From positions 62,001 through 126,000 of the forward strand of contig OZ025806.1 in the NCBI GenBank assembly GCA_964019425.1: DNA of 64,000 nt, given 5' to 3'. Under the pieces are notes generated by a model, which did not search any database, was not told the DNA's origin, and saw only the letters and a program-made list of their open reading frames with translations. Shown one piece after another: positions 32,909-44,078 of this stretch. The stretch is from Flectonema sp. DT1601. Its lineage: Eukaryota. Both the position numbers and the translations under genes were made by a program. Each line of letters begins with the position of its first letter. Positions within the stretch are counted from its first letter, which is position 1.

Positions 32909-35206
32909 TTAGGGCCCAACAGGATTCCAACTCCCAACGTCTTTGGGAACAGAACAAAATCCTTTCTCATAAATAGGACCCTTCGATCCAGTGAGGAGTT
33001 TTCCTGAAAACCATTTTTGGTAGACTGCGAGCGCCTGTTCTGCGTTCTGAGCTGCGTAGAAACAATTACTGAGCCACTCTGATCCTTGAATGACACCTTC
33101 TTTAGTATTGCGAGCATACCTCGCAGAGATCTTTTGCTCCCAATAATCTTCATTTCCGAATAAGATCATCGGAGTTGGCGGTGTTGTTCCGACTTTACGA
33201 CGGACCTCCTCGAGACCAAATTCAAAGTCAGTTCCGATCCCGCCGAGTAGGAAGATGGGGAAGTCTAGTTGAAAGTCTGATTGTCTCTCAACTAGTTTTT
33301 CTAATTTATAAGTCATCCAAACATCAACAAAAGGATTCCTCTTTTGTTCATTTACAGTCACGGTTCCTTTTTTAGAAAAATCACAAATATTTCCACAACT
33401 GAGAACACCACATTGCTTCGCCACTCGATTCCCGACTTCCATAGCACCAGGTCCGCCACCAGTTACAATAGCCAGAGGCTTTCCTGGATGCAAGAGAGGG
33501 TTTTGAACGTGGTTTCGCATATCTTTTACTCCTCCTATTAATTTCATGAGCTCTGACTCTAAGTCACCTTGTTTAAGGTTCGATCCGTACACACCAAATG
33601 CAGTAGCACCCAAGTAATCTGAAATCAAGTCTGTTGGATAGACTGGTACAAAGGCTCCGTGATCTCTTCCTTTCTTATGAACGTATTTAAACATCTTCTC
33701 TTGGTCAGGACAGATGTTAAAAACTTCAACTCCGAACAGGGACAAGTCATACAAAAGAGATCGATCTTCTTGTGATAAGAAACAACCATTCTCTTTTGAA
33801 CAGGTTTGAAAATAAATTCTTTTAAGGCAAGCGGACACCGTATCAGAGAGAAGTAAATTTTTAAGAACCGGAGAAGGAAGATATCTCGTGAACAAGACGC
33901 CATGTGATGAAATATCTCCAATTGATATTGCCTTAAGGATTCCATAGCAAGCTTGTTGTCTGACGTATTCTCTTACGGAAGCTCTTTGTTTCTCTGGTTC
34001 AGTAATCCCTGGATAGTCTCCTTTAACTGGAGTAGTTGATATCCAGTCAGAAGCTTTCAAGTTCTCAAGTTGTTCTTTCTTAACAACATAACAACTCATT
34101 TGAGAACCCTGATTTGCTTCGCTCATTTTTAAAAATGATTTAAATATTAAACGAGGATTGCTATCAAGGACTCCCTTGAACTCATCTTCAAAGTATAAAT
34201 GTTCCCTCCAAGGCTCCAGTTGGTATATTTCAAATGGTAATTCAGTCAAGTACTGAGCTGAACTTCCATAAAAACAGAATGTTCGACCCTCTTCCTCATC
34301 TATCCTAAATGAGTTGACGGGTTCCAAGATGTTACTTGTGCAGCATTGGATTCCCTCAGGGAGAAGGTCTACAGCTATTCTTGCATAACAATTTCTAAGT
34401 ATGAGTGGATACGTTCTTACCATTAGCATTTGATGTGGAACTGCTACTCTACTTCGATCACAGTCGTGGTGTTGATGGAGTCGAATGATGTGTTTGCATT
34501 GAATCTTCTTCTTTAAACATCTTCCAATAGCTGGTAGTGATCCGTGAATATCTCCATCGTATCTAACAACTCCTTCTCGTAATTTAACTTTAAAAATTAC
34601 TCTTCCGTCGATGTTGTTGCAGCTCCAATGACCTTCGTCTCCGAGATGAACCAGAGGCACTCCCTTTCTATCAACTCTGGTTATCAATCTGGTTAAATAA
34701 TTAGAATTAGTTACACGTCTGGCAACGTCTCTGCAAAATAATTTTCCAACCTGAGTACCGAGAGTCACTTCATCTAGAGCTAAGATTCCAAGTGGTGAAA
34801 TTGCTATCAAATCAACTGTTAGTTTACAAGAGAGGTTATCATGATTGAAAATGATGTCGTGCCCTGTTCCATTCACTCCAAGTTGAGACAGAGTACTCTT
34901 CAAATTAAAAACAACAGAAACGTGATAACTTGAATTCCATCCAGCGAATCTCGATGAAATACAACTAATTACTATCACACAAGATAATGATTTCCGATCT
35001 CGACTTCTTTCAAAACTTGTTACTTCTCCATCTGGGGTTGCTAAATCCCAAGCTTTATCATTCTCAATAAAGTGTCTTCTCGCATTTGTATAACTAATAG
35101 ATCGCTCTCCAGGGACACTTGCTAAGTCTGGATGGCATCCGTACGGTCGATACTTATGAGCTGTTATAGGAGGTGGAGTACAGTCTCGGTATCGACTAGG
35201 AGTCAT
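32909..35206 (-). CDS. Large LOG/SLOG-fold protein, apparently a full-length homolog of the chlamydial CT387-type family
   Basis: C-terminal LOG motifs VYGS, VTGGGPGAMEVGN, LVERQ, LGGIGTDFE. N-terminal blocks (DLATPDG, FNLKSTLSQLG, GVVRYDGDIHG, NILEP, GSEWLSNCFY) match my recollection of the chlamydial family. Confidence 0.85.
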   Translation of the reverse strand: MTPSRYRDCTPPPITAHKYRPYGCHPDLASVPGERSISYTNARRHFIENDKAWDLATPDGEVTSFERSRDRKSLSCVIVISCISSRFAGWNSSYHVSVVFNLKSTLSQLGVNGTGHDIIFNHDNLSCKLTVDLIAISPLGILALDEVTLGTQVGKLFCRDVARRVTNSNYLTRLITRVDRKGVPLVHLGDEGHWSCNNIDGRVIFKVKLREGVVRYDGDIHGSLPAIGRCLKKKIQCKHIIRLHQHHDCDRSRVAVPHQMLMVRTYPLILRNCYARIAVDLLPEGIQCCTSNILEPVNSFRIDEEEGRTFCFYGSSAQYLTELPFEIYQLEPWREHLYFEDEFKGVLDSNPRLIFKSFLKMSEANQGSQMSCYVVKKEQLENLKASDWISTTPVKGDYPGITEPEKQRASVREYVRQQACYGILKAISIGDISSHGVLFTRYLPSPVLKNLLLSDTVSACLKRIYFQTCSKENGCFLSQEDRSLLYDLSLFGVEVFNICPDQEKMFKYVHKKGRDHGAFVPVYPTDLISDYLGATAFGVYGSNLKQGDLESELMKLIGGVKDMRNHVQNPLLHPGKPLAIVTGGGPGAMEVGNRVAKQCGVLSCGNICDFSKKGTVTVNEQKRNPFVDVWMTYKLEKLVERQSDFQLDFPIFLLGGIGTDFEFGLEEVRRKVGTTPPTPMILFGNEDYWEQKISARYARNTKEGVIQGSEWLSNCFYAAQNAEQALAVYQKWFSGKLLTGSKGPIYEKGFCSVPKDVGSWNPVGP

Positions 35207-35569
35207 GTTGGTGTAGCTGTTTCAATACAAAACATAGAATAGAATAATTTTAATTTTAATCAGGTGAAAAAGATTTCACTATTTAATCATCTTCGTTATG
35301 TTTCCACTTCTGATGGAAGTTGTTGGGATGATTGTTTTGAGCTTTTTTAAAAAACAAAACAAAAAAAAAAAAGAGAAAAGAGAAATGGAAAATATGTTCA
35401 GGCAAAAAACTACTTTTCCTTTTTTTTTTTTTTTTTTTTTTTCGAATAAATATTCAAAACAAGTTATTAGCAAACATTCAGGAAACTAAAAATTAAACAA
35501 AAAAAAAAACAAAAAAAAAATGGAAAAAAAGAAAAAGGTCATGCACATGATTATAAGGCATCGAAACTA

Positions 35570-35601
<32 letters not shown>

Positions 35602-35780
35602 ATAACTCACGCACGAAGGGAGTGTATTGATGCTTCTTTTCTTGCCCTTTTTTTTGGTTTACTTTTTTTTCTTCTTTTTTTTTCCCCCATAGTTATAGAA
35701 GCTATTTAATAACTATTGACACGACTAAGACTAGCCGTGGCTTAGTCTCAGTGAGGAGAGACCAAGAACCGCCATGCTGG

Positions 35781-35816
<36 letters not shown>

Positions 35817-36885
35817 GATTTTAACGGCAGTAACATTTCTAGCAGGGTTGTTCATTGACTCATAGACAGAGCAGCATTTCTGTAGGAAGTGTTCGTTTTA
35901 TGTAACGTGACCGCCCACTGAATTTTGCATCCCCGTCTCTGAATAGCAAGCGAGGGGAATTCAGGTACGTATTCTTTACATTAATAACCAAACCTAATGA
36001 AGTAATATGTGAGGGTTTCTTTTTCTTGTTTTCTTTTGTTAAAAAAAATTAGAGGGAAGAAGAAAAAAAAAAAACTCTGATAGATGAACAGCACAACAAA
36101 AGCATTTTCAGTTCTGTTTCTGAGAATATTATTAGTGTTGTAAACAAAGACAGAGAGGGGATCGTTTTTTTTTCTTTTTTCTTTTTTTTCTTTTTCACTC
36201 TTTCGTTTGGTTTTCTTTCTCTTGACTTTTTTCCCACAACAAAAAAAAAAAAAAAAAAAAAATCAAAAATCAAAACTTCGCGCAAGGGGTATATAGTTTG
36301 CTTGTGAGCAAGACTGTTCTTTTTTTTTTTTTTTTTTTTTTTTCCCTTAATCACCGAGAAGTTTTGTGACTAACCATACCTGATGCTATTGAAGATGGGT
36401 TTGCGTTGGACGTTTGGAGGGAGAAACAGGAGTTCAATCCTCCTCTCCCTTCTTAGACCAAAAGACCAATAATAATAATAATAAATGGTTGATCATAATA
36501 AACATGAGGAGGAGGAGTAGGAACACCTTTCGCTACAAAAAAAGATAACAATATTGATTTTTTTTTTTTTTTTTTTTTTCAGTTCCAGTTCGTGTTAACA
36601 ATTTCGTTTGTACACAAAATTGATTGGGCTAGCTGACAGGGGAACAAAACAAAAGAAGGGGGAGGGGTGAAGAAAAAAGAAAAAAAAAAAGATAAACCAA
36701 CTCCTTCTATCAATTATTTTATATTTCTTATCTCCTAAACCTACTTGATGCGTATCAAGGTATACAATAACACGCAGGATCTTGTTGATAGTTATGTCTT
36801 GCAGTAGATCCGCGTTAAGTGTCATCAGACTTACGGTCGGGTGATGAAGTCGTTCAGTCGTCTGCAGTTGTTAAGATGTTTCAGA

Positions 36886-37866
36886 TCAGATTTTATTTTT
36901 GTTAACAAACTCAACTCTGTTTGACGGAATCAGTCCAGTTACTGTCGGATTACTTAATAGAGATGCAGACCACCAGTTACCATCATGTTTATGGATTTTA
37001 AGAATATCACGTTGACCAAATGACATTTCATCATCATTCTCAGCAGAGTATGGATACAAAGCGACTGCTAAACTATCTCCGTGAGTGCTTTCATTGATAG
37101 AAAGTTCGTTAGATTCGTCTTCGTAACAACGAGTGTATTCAGAGTAGTTGTCTTCAATATTTTGTTTAGCAGTTGTCGCTGTCACACTTTTATATCTTTT
37201 ATAAACTTTCATCAGTCCCAAGTATATCGCTATTCCTACAAAAAGTGTTATGAGTTGTTTTTTGAGACTCTTTCCAACCCAGGAAGCTGTTCCACCAGCG
37301 GATTTGGCGACCTCAGATGCCTGTGGCATCTGTTGCATGCCACCCATTTGTCCCATTTGACCCATCTGTCCCATACCTGGCTGGCCCATCTGTCCCATTT
37401 GCCCCATCTGCCCCATGGAATTAGCTTGTTGGAGTTGAGCATATGTACATGATGCTGTCACCGCGAGAATAGCAAATTGTGTGCTGACTTCTAAAAGGCT
37501 GACAAAGGCCTGGCTAACTTCTTGTATTCCAGAAAGGATTATTTGAGTTTTGTTTGCTTGTGGCTGAGCTGGTTGTCCTGCTGGTTGATTTCCTCCTTGA
37601 GTTGGGTTGTTTAGATTTCCGTTCAACCCAGGCTGACCATTCTGGTTGTTATTATTATTATTATTATTATTATTCATCATGTTGTTGTTGTTGTTGTTGT
37701 TGAGGCCACCAAAAGTGTTGTTGTTGTTGTTGTTACCAAATCTGTTCATTCCATAACCGCCCATCCCTCCTCCCATACTACCATATCCTCCTCCCATGCC
37801 TCCCATTCCGTAACCGCCTCCCATCCCCATGCCGCCTCCATAGCCACCCATTCCCATGCCGTACAT
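36886..37866 (-). CDS. PEX13: Peroxisomal membrane docking protein PEX13
   Basis: Tyr-Gly/Met-rich N-terminus, two hydrophobic segments, C-terminal SH3 (ALYPY...EMSF...NWW...GLIPSNRV). Confidence 0.85.
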   Translation of the reverse strand: MYGMGMGGYGGGMGMGGGYGMGGMGGGYGSMGGGMGGYGMNRFGNNNNNNTFGGLNNNNNNNMMNNNNNNNNNNQNGQPGLNGNLNNPTQGGNQPAGQPAQPQANKTQIILSGIQEVSQAFVSLLEVSTQFAILAVTASCTYAQLQQANSMGQMGQMGQMGQPGMGQMGQMGQMGGMQQMPQASEVAKSAGGTASWVGKSLKKQLITLFVGIAIYLGLMKVYKRYKSVTATTAKQNIEDNYSEYTRCYEDESNELSINESTHGDSLAVALYPYSAENDDEMSFGQRDILKIHKHDGNWWSASLLSNPTVTGLIPSNRVEFVNKNKI

Positions 37867-38586
37867 CTTTCTTGCTTGTTGTTGGGTTTTACCTTCCTCG
37901 GTTCTGTCAATAATAAATAAATTCTAATAATAATAATAAAAAGAAAACTCCAAACACAAACTAAAGAAATAAAAAAAAAGAAATTGGTAGTCGCGTTGCC
38001 GACGGCAAATCGCGGGGTTTAAATATAATACCGAGCAGGTGGGGACTTGGATAAATAAATCAAGGTTAACACACAACTAATTAGACATGAATCATTATAA
38101 CTGGATTCTGTCCACACAAAATCGCATGTTTTAAGGTGGGGGGAAGAATATAACATAATTTAAAAAAAATTAAAAAAAAAAAAAAAAGGAAAAAGGAAAA
38201 AAAAAAAAAGAAGGCAGAAGTGGTTAGAGGAAGTATACAATCAGAACACTGATCTTTAAAAAAATAGAGAGGAAGAATCAAGAGGAAGGAAAAAAAAAAG
38301 AAAATAGGCGGTTAAAACCCTCTTAGCTAACTAACTGACTAACTAACTAATAAAAACAGAAACAAGTTGACCACAACTCGATGCTGTTTCAGAGGAACAC
38401 AAAAAAAAAAGGGTAGAATAAGGAATTGTTTAAGAAAGTTTTTTCTTTTTTTAAAAAAAAAAACTCAAAACAGTTTTTATATGAAAAAAAGAGAGGAAGA
38501 GAATGGTCATCGAGGTGTTGCTGTGAGAGGCAACTATCAGGAGACGAGTTGTGTATAAAAAACAAAAAGAGGAAAAAACCGAATCC

Positions 38587-41500
38587 TTATATAGAGTGCT
38601 TTCTGACAGGTGGATAAGGTTGTGAATATCTGTAGTAGTCATCTCGTGGTGTTTCCATATCAGGATCTGGAATCCTAAAGTCGGCCAGAGGAAGTGAGTC
38701 CCGACTGTTTCGATATTTTATAGCGCCGATGGTAGCTAAAACCCCACAAAGAATCCCTCCGACAATGAAGGCGGCGGTTACATAACTCGGCTTCCAGCTA
38801 TCGTCATTTTCAGTTACGGTTTCTTCTGCAGTCGGAACACCAACACTTTCAGGAGCACCACTACTATTAGGAGCACCACCACCTGGAAGTGGTGGCCAAG
38901 TATATGGTTTTGGTGACTTACCGTCTGGGGACTTCGTAACATCTCCGGTTGGAGATTTCGACTCAGGAATAGAAGTAAAAGGTACTAAAGTTCTCTGAGG
39001 CCTATTTGGATCAAGAGTTGGTACTTTGGTATTGCTAGTCGGTGACTCACTCGGAGACTTACTCACTGCTGCTGTTGGAGAAGTGGTCGCATCCACAGTT
39101 GGAGAATCCGTACCAGCGGGTGTGGAGGGGCTAATCGCTGGGGCGTTGGTTCGCACGGCAACAGTCGGGGAATCAGTAGTACCCCCAGCCGCTGGAACGT
39201 TGGTTCTCACCACGGCAGTCGGTGAATTAGTACCTGTGGGCGTAACACCAATTGCTGGGACAGTGGTTCCCACTGCTGTTGGAGAATCAGTACCTACGGG
39301 CGATGCGCTTGCAGGTGGGGCAATCACCACAATTGGAGAATCAGTAGCACCTGCAGGTGTAGTGGTAGTCGCTGGAACGTCAGTTCTCACAACAGTCGGA
39401 GACTCAGTAACACCAACGGTGAGAGGTGAATTAGTCACAGCTGATGGTGAGCCAGTCACAGCTAAAGGTGAGTTAGTCACAGCTAACGGTGAGTCAGTCA
39501 CAGCTGATGGTGAGTTAGTCACAGCTAACGGTGAGTCAGTCACAGCTGATGGTGAGTTAGTCACAGCTAACGGTGAGTCAGTCACAGCTGACGGTGAGTT
39601 CGTCACAACTGACGGTGAGTTAGTCACAACTGACGGTGAGTTAGTCACAGCTGAGCTAGTCGGTACTTCAGTTACAACAGGAGCGGAGGGAACACCAGTC
39701 GGGATAGCCGTAGGAACACCAGTCGGGATAGCCGTAGGAACACCAGTCGGGGTAGCCGTAGGAACACCAGTCGGGGTAGCCGTAGGAACACCAGTCGGGA
39801 TAGCCGTAGGAACACCAGTCGGGATAGCCGTAGGAACACCAGTCGGGATAGCCGTAGGAACACCAGTCGGGGTAGCCGTAGGAACACCAGTCGGGGTAGC
39901 CGTAGGAACACCAGTCGGGACAGCCGTAGGAACACTAGTCGGGATAGCCGTAGGAACACTAGTCGGGGTAGCCGTGGGAACACTAGTCGGAGTATTCGTT
40001 GAACAACTTCCAACTAATGTGATGGGAAATGACATTCTCCCAGTACATCTTTCCATTGTAGACAACTTCCCGCTACCAGTTGCTAGTGCCAGATTGAAGT
40101 CACCTTCAGAAAGTTTTATATCGTTTGAGTTCCCCGTCTCCAACAGTCTCCAAAACACAAGACTAACAGAACCACGTGAAGTAGTAATACTTTCTGTTAT
40201 GATATCAATTGTTGGGGAGCTACGAGAAGGAACATCTGTTGGAAATCCGTTCAGCTTTTGCATATCGAAAACCTCACTTTCTGTAGTGTCCCACGCCATA
40301 GGGAATATACCTAACATGTTATTATTATCGGTGACGGTTCTGAAGCCAGCAGCTCCCCAGAATTGATTATTGCCAGTGTTTGTAACTTGGAATCGAATGG
40401 CTTCCTCACCAGAATCAGATTCAGTACCAAATTCATACGACAGAGTTATTGAAATATTAGTAACAGCAACACTAGTCGGTACTGATCCAGGACAAGGTTT
40501 AAATACTCTTGGTGAGGATGGAGCTGTATTTGGTGATGGTGTTCTTGGAAGCTCTCGTGAAGACCTAAACTTATTACGAGGAATATCATCAGGAATTGGT
40601 TGAGTTGTGAAGACTGGTCCCTTTCCGAAATCTACTCCATTTTCTTGGACTTGATTCCAAGCCTCAGCAAAGAATTTAAAAAACAGCTTCTTATCATCTT
40701 CCATCTCCCTCATTACAACCATTAACCTAATATCAGCTCTTAATATCATATCGATGGGTAAGACGGTAAATCTCGGTGAAGGCCCACCGAAATATTGTAA
40801 ATCAGTTCCTCTCGTTGTTGCTGTAGATGGTCCCCATGGACCGTTTGCCATGTTCTTAAAGTATTCGCAATCAAAATGAAAAACATTTATTGTCCAATTA
40901 CCTTCATTCCCAGAGACCTTTTTATGCATTGCTCCTACAGTGTGAGCTCCCATTAAGGCTACAATTTTGTGGAATCCGTCTACGTCAGTTTCAGTACTTA
41001 TTCCCATTTCAGCAAATTTTTTAAATAAATAATTCCTCGTGTGTTCATGCGGTAAGTTGTCATCTTTTCTTCTCTTTTGAGGAAGTCTTTCATCATCTCC
41101 AACGCAGAGAGTTGGAAGGTCGGCATCACTAAAATCTTTTCGACCAGGTCTCCATACGATATTCGGACCCCCCATAAACTCGATTGCAACGTTACCAGCA
41201 AGCTGATATAAATCAGCGTACGTAATAAAGGGATGAGAAGTTTTTACTACTTCCAAAGCAAGAGTAGCGACATCCAGTCCTTTGTTGTCTTTTAGACCAA
41301 GTTCAGGATTGCCTCTGACGCAGCCACCGTTGCTTCCTCCGATTGGAATTATTCGAGGATCGAATGTTGATAACCCATGAAACGCCAATCTAAGTAACAG
41401 AGGTCTGAATGGAGGATCTTTCGATTGTATTAATTGCACTAAAGATTCAACTACAGGAAGGTACTTAGATTTAGCACTTTCAGCAATCAGTGCTCCTGGT

Positions 41501-41607
41501 GTTGTCAATGGTGTCGTCGGCACTGGAAGCCGCTGTGTCCTCTGACAATCCACCAATAGCAGCAACAGCAGCAGGATTATCGATACCAACAAGGTGTGTT
41601 GTTGCAT
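38587..41607 (-). CDS. Type I membrane heme peroxidase (APX/CcP-like domain) + DOMON-like domain + mucin-like stalk + TM helix
   Basis: First ATG at 41607 (MQQHTLLVSIILLLLLLLVDC signal peptide); LLRLAFH, GGSNG, TYADLYQLAG, PGRKD, LMGAHTVG; DOMON-like WGAAGF...M...VFWRLLETG..D; PT-rich repeats; TM YVTAAFIVGGILCGVLATIGAI followed by KYRNSR. Confidence 0.9.
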   Translation of the reverse strand: MQQHTLLVSIILLLLLLLVDCQRTQRLPVPTTPLTTPGALIAESAKSKYLPVVESLVQLIQSKDPPFRPLLLRLAFHGLSTFDPRIIPIGGSNGGCVRGNPELGLKDNKGLDVATLALEVVKTSHPFITYADLYQLAGNVAIEFMGGPNIVWRPGRKDFSDADLPTLCVGDDERLPQKRRKDDNLPHEHTRNYLFKKFAEMGISTETDVDGFHKIVALMGAHTVGAMHKKVSGNEGNWTINVFHFDCEYFKNMANGPWGPSTATTRGTDLQYFGGPSPRFTVLPIDMILRADIRLMVVMREMEDDKKLFFKFFAEAWNQVQENGVDFGKGPVFTTQPIPDDIPRNKFRSSRELPRTPSPNTAPSSPRVFKPCPGSVPTSVAVTNISITLSYEFGTESDSGEEAIRFQVTNTGNNQFWGAAGFRTVTDNNNMLGIFPMAWDTTESEVFDMQKLNGFPTDVPSRSSPTIDIITESITTSRGSVSLVFWRLLETGNSNDIKLSEGDFNLALATGSGKLSTMERCTGRMSFPITLVGSCSTNTPTSVPTATPTSVPTAIPTSVPTAVPTGVPTATPTGVPTATPTGVPTAIPTGVPTAIPTGVPTAIPTGVPTATPTGVPTATPTGVPTAIPTGVPTAIPTGVPSAPVVTEVPTSSAVTNSPSVVTNSPSVVTNSPSAVTDSPLAVTNSPSAVTDSPLAVTNSPSAVTDSPLAVTNSPLAVTGSPSAVTNSPLTVGVTESPTVVRTDVPATTTTPAGATDSPIVVIAPPASASPVGTDSPTAVGTTVPAIGVTPTGTNSPTAVVRTNVPAAGGTTDSPTVAVRTNAPAISPSTPAGTDSPTVDATTSPTAAVSKSPSESPTSNTKVPTLDPNRPQRTLVPFTSIPESKSPTGDVTKSPDGKSPKPYTWPPLPGGGAPNSSGAPESVGVPTAEETVTENDDSWKPSYVTAAFIVGGILCGVLATIGAIKYRNSRDSLPLADFRIPDPDMETPRDDYYRYSQPYPPVRKHSI
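39425..39990 (-). repeat. Coding minisatellites: 24-nt (PTGVPTAI/T) x~12 and 21-nt (VTNSPSA/VTDSPLA) x~11
   Basis: gccgtaggaacaccagtcggg and ggtgagttagtcacagct repeated in tandem. Confidence 0.95.
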
Positions 41608-41851
41608 ATTATAAAGTAAGTAATCTGGAGAAGACAATAAATTATTTTGATCAACAAGTTCAATAAATATTTAATTCTCGCGCCTAAACAAGTCAGGCGG
41701 GTGAACGCAATCAGTACTCTGAAAGTAGGCTAGAATAGGAAATATTAGAGAGGAATATCACACACCGACAGTGCGAGGTAAAAGAAAGTATCTGTAAAAG
41801 CTTGCTAGGGATAATTTTATGCACAACTCTTTGCCGCTTCTTAACCTGACC

Positions 41852-42877
41852 TTACGATGATAGGACCTCCCTCAGCAGTAACTTTGAGGCTTCATTCTCC
41901 TTATCTTTCGCAGTATCGATAACTGTCTTACCGAACATACTTTTAATGGACAGGTCTGGTTTCTTATTTAATAATAATTTCATAACATCGGCTCTGTTAA
42001 AGTGCAGGGCGACGTGTAATGGCGTGTACCCTTGACTGTTAAGAGAGTTCAAGCAAACATCCTTCTCAAGAAGTAATTTTGCAATTGTAATTTGACTGTA
42101 TCGGATTGCACAGTGAAGTGGTGTTTCACTTGAGGACCCTCGTATTGATAAACATCTTTGAGGTAATATATTAATTAAGATTTCTGAAACGTCTCTCATC
42201 ATCCCACCAATTGAATCGTGTAATGGTGTATTCCCAGTTGGGGATCTCGTATTAGCCTCAACTCCATGAGATAATAGTAACTTTGCTATTTTAGACTGAT
42301 CAGCTATAATAGATAAATGAAGAGGACTGATATCGCGGTCATTCAACTGGTTTGGATCGACTCCACTCGACAACAACAACTCCACACAACTAATTTGATG
42401 ATAAGTAATCGCAATCGTGTACAGTCGATTGCTATCAATGTTAGCTCCGCTATTTATAATAAGCCTTGCTGTCTCTGTCTCTCCTGTAGAGAGAGAAGCC
42501 GTTAAAGGACACATTCCCTGACTTCTACAGTTAACATCAATACCAATATCTACGAAGCTTTTTGTGTACGGTGCTCCTTTTCTTGCTGCTGTGATGAATG
42601 CTTTGGGTGTTGGTTCGATTCCTCTTTCAACCAAGTCGTTTAACGCCAATACTTTCTTTGATGTGATTGTGTTGATTTCATCGTCTGCGCAGACTCCGTA
42701 TTCCAACACCGTTTTGTGTAATTCTAATTGGTGTCCTTCGTATGATAATTCTATCTGTTCCTCATCAATACCACTTTCCTCACAGAGTAACTCTCGTAGT
42801 TCTGCAACAGTGGTCGTGGGTGTTACTTCAATTGGATAGTTACCTTGATGAGTAACAACAGATACAATTAAGGACAT
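41852..42877 (-). CDS. Ubiquitin-like domain + ankyrin repeat protein
   Basis: N-terminal Ubl (IEVTPTTTVAELRE...QIELSYEG..L...EYGV); ankyrin motifs SPLHLS, GNTPLH, ETPLHCA, GYTPLHVA. Confidence 0.9.
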   Translation of the reverse strand: MSLIVSVVTHQGNYPIEVTPTTTVAELRELLCEESGIDEEQIELSYEGHQLELHKTVLEYGVCADDEINTITSKKVLALNDLVERGIEPTPKAFITAARKGAPYTKSFVDIGIDVNCRSQGMCPLTASLSTGETETARLIINSGANIDSNRLYTIAITYHQISCVELLLSSGVDPNQLNDRDISPLHLSIIADQSKIAKLLLSHGVEANTRSPTGNTPLHDSIGGMMRDVSEILINILPQRCLSIRGSSSETPLHCAIRYSQITIAKLLLEKDVCLNSLNSQGYTPLHVALHFNRADVMKLLLNKKPDLSIKSMFGKTVIDTAKDKENEASKLLLREVLSS

Positions 42878-44028
42878 CTCTGCTGTCTGTGTTTGAAAAT
42901 ATGAAGGTACATTTACACCTTTAAAACAATTTTTTTTTTTTTTTTTTTTTTCAAATCTCCCTGTTTCAAACTTTTTTTTTTTCTTTCCTTGTAGCTATGT
43001 TGCCTTGTTTTTTTTTTTTTGTTTCTTTTTTTTTTTTTTTTTTTTTTTTGTTGTGATCCCTGCGGGGGGATCTCTTTATGACGGCAAAAAAAAGGCAAAT
43101 GTGCTACCCAGCAATGACGCAGGTGTTGTACAGTGACTAGTGATATGTAACGTGCTTTAACACACGAAAGAGGGAAAAAAAAATACAGACAGCACCCGCT
43201 AGTAGATGCAGGAGAGCGAGCAGTTTTTTTTTTTTTTTTTGAACCACAATCCAAAGTGCAATTTGAAATATTTTTTTTTCAGAAAGAAATAAAGGAAAAA
43301 AAAAGTACTTAAGCGGAAACGTGATGGAACCCAGTACATCAATAAGAAGAAAGTATTCCTTTTTGTTTCCCACATTTTTTTTTAGTTTTCTCTTTTTAAA
43401 ATAGAGAAACTAAAAAAGAAAATAAAGAAAAAAAGACCACGACAGTCTCATACGGATAAGTGACGACTACTTTTGGAATTGTCAGTCAGTCTGTAGCACA
43501 GTTAGTTTGTTTTTTTTGGTTTTTTTTTTTTGGTTTTTTTGATTAGCGCACCTCTAAAAGAATAGAGAACGCCCATCGATAGGTCGAAGTAGCGAGTTAA
43601 ACAACAGGCAAATCTAAGAAAACTTGTCGTTATCTTACTCAACCACATCAAACTTTTCTTTTTTTTTTTTTTTTTTCCCCCCCCATTATTTTTGTTATAA
43701 TTTTCCCCTATTTGAAGAGGGAAAAAAACAAAACAAAAAAAAAAATTGGAGAAAAAAAAAAATGGAAAATGAGGCCTAATTTCAGAGACTTACAAACAAA
43801 AACGTTGATGAAAGCAGCTCCTTGATTCTCTCAAGTCAGGTAAACGAGTAAAAACTGATAAGTGAATAAATTGAACAAGAGATTGTGTTTGCGTAAGATA
43901 TTTATAAATGTAAATTAGTACAGCCGGGTCACCATCAAGGGTGTTATCCGACGCGATGTATTAATGTTTCAAAAATAAAAATAATTCCTACCAACCCTTT
44001 GAATTATCATATTGACAATCCTCAACGT

Positions 44029-44078
44029 ACACAAATATCAGAACCTCATTAGTAAGACCGTCACAGGGAACAAAGTGC
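44029..44078 (-). promoter_or_regulatory. Candidate SECIS-like element (GUGA/UGA core, atypically short upper helix)
   Basis: Minus strand GCAC...GUGAC-GGUCUU-ACUAAUG-AGGUUC-UGAU...GUGU, ~170 nt 3' of the Sec codon; helix II is only ~6 bp versus the canonical 11-12. Confidence 0.3.

Noticed and set aside
36416..36452. tRNA-like T-arm AGGAG-TTCAATC-CTCCT inside a GGAGGGAG/CTCCCTTC stem
   Set aside because: No D arm or anticodon arm can be folded; at most a B-box-like hairpin
39026..40366. 446-aa plus-strand ORF and the RLVFLRLS-repeat ORF
   Set aside because: Antisense or alternative-frame readings of the mucin minisatellites
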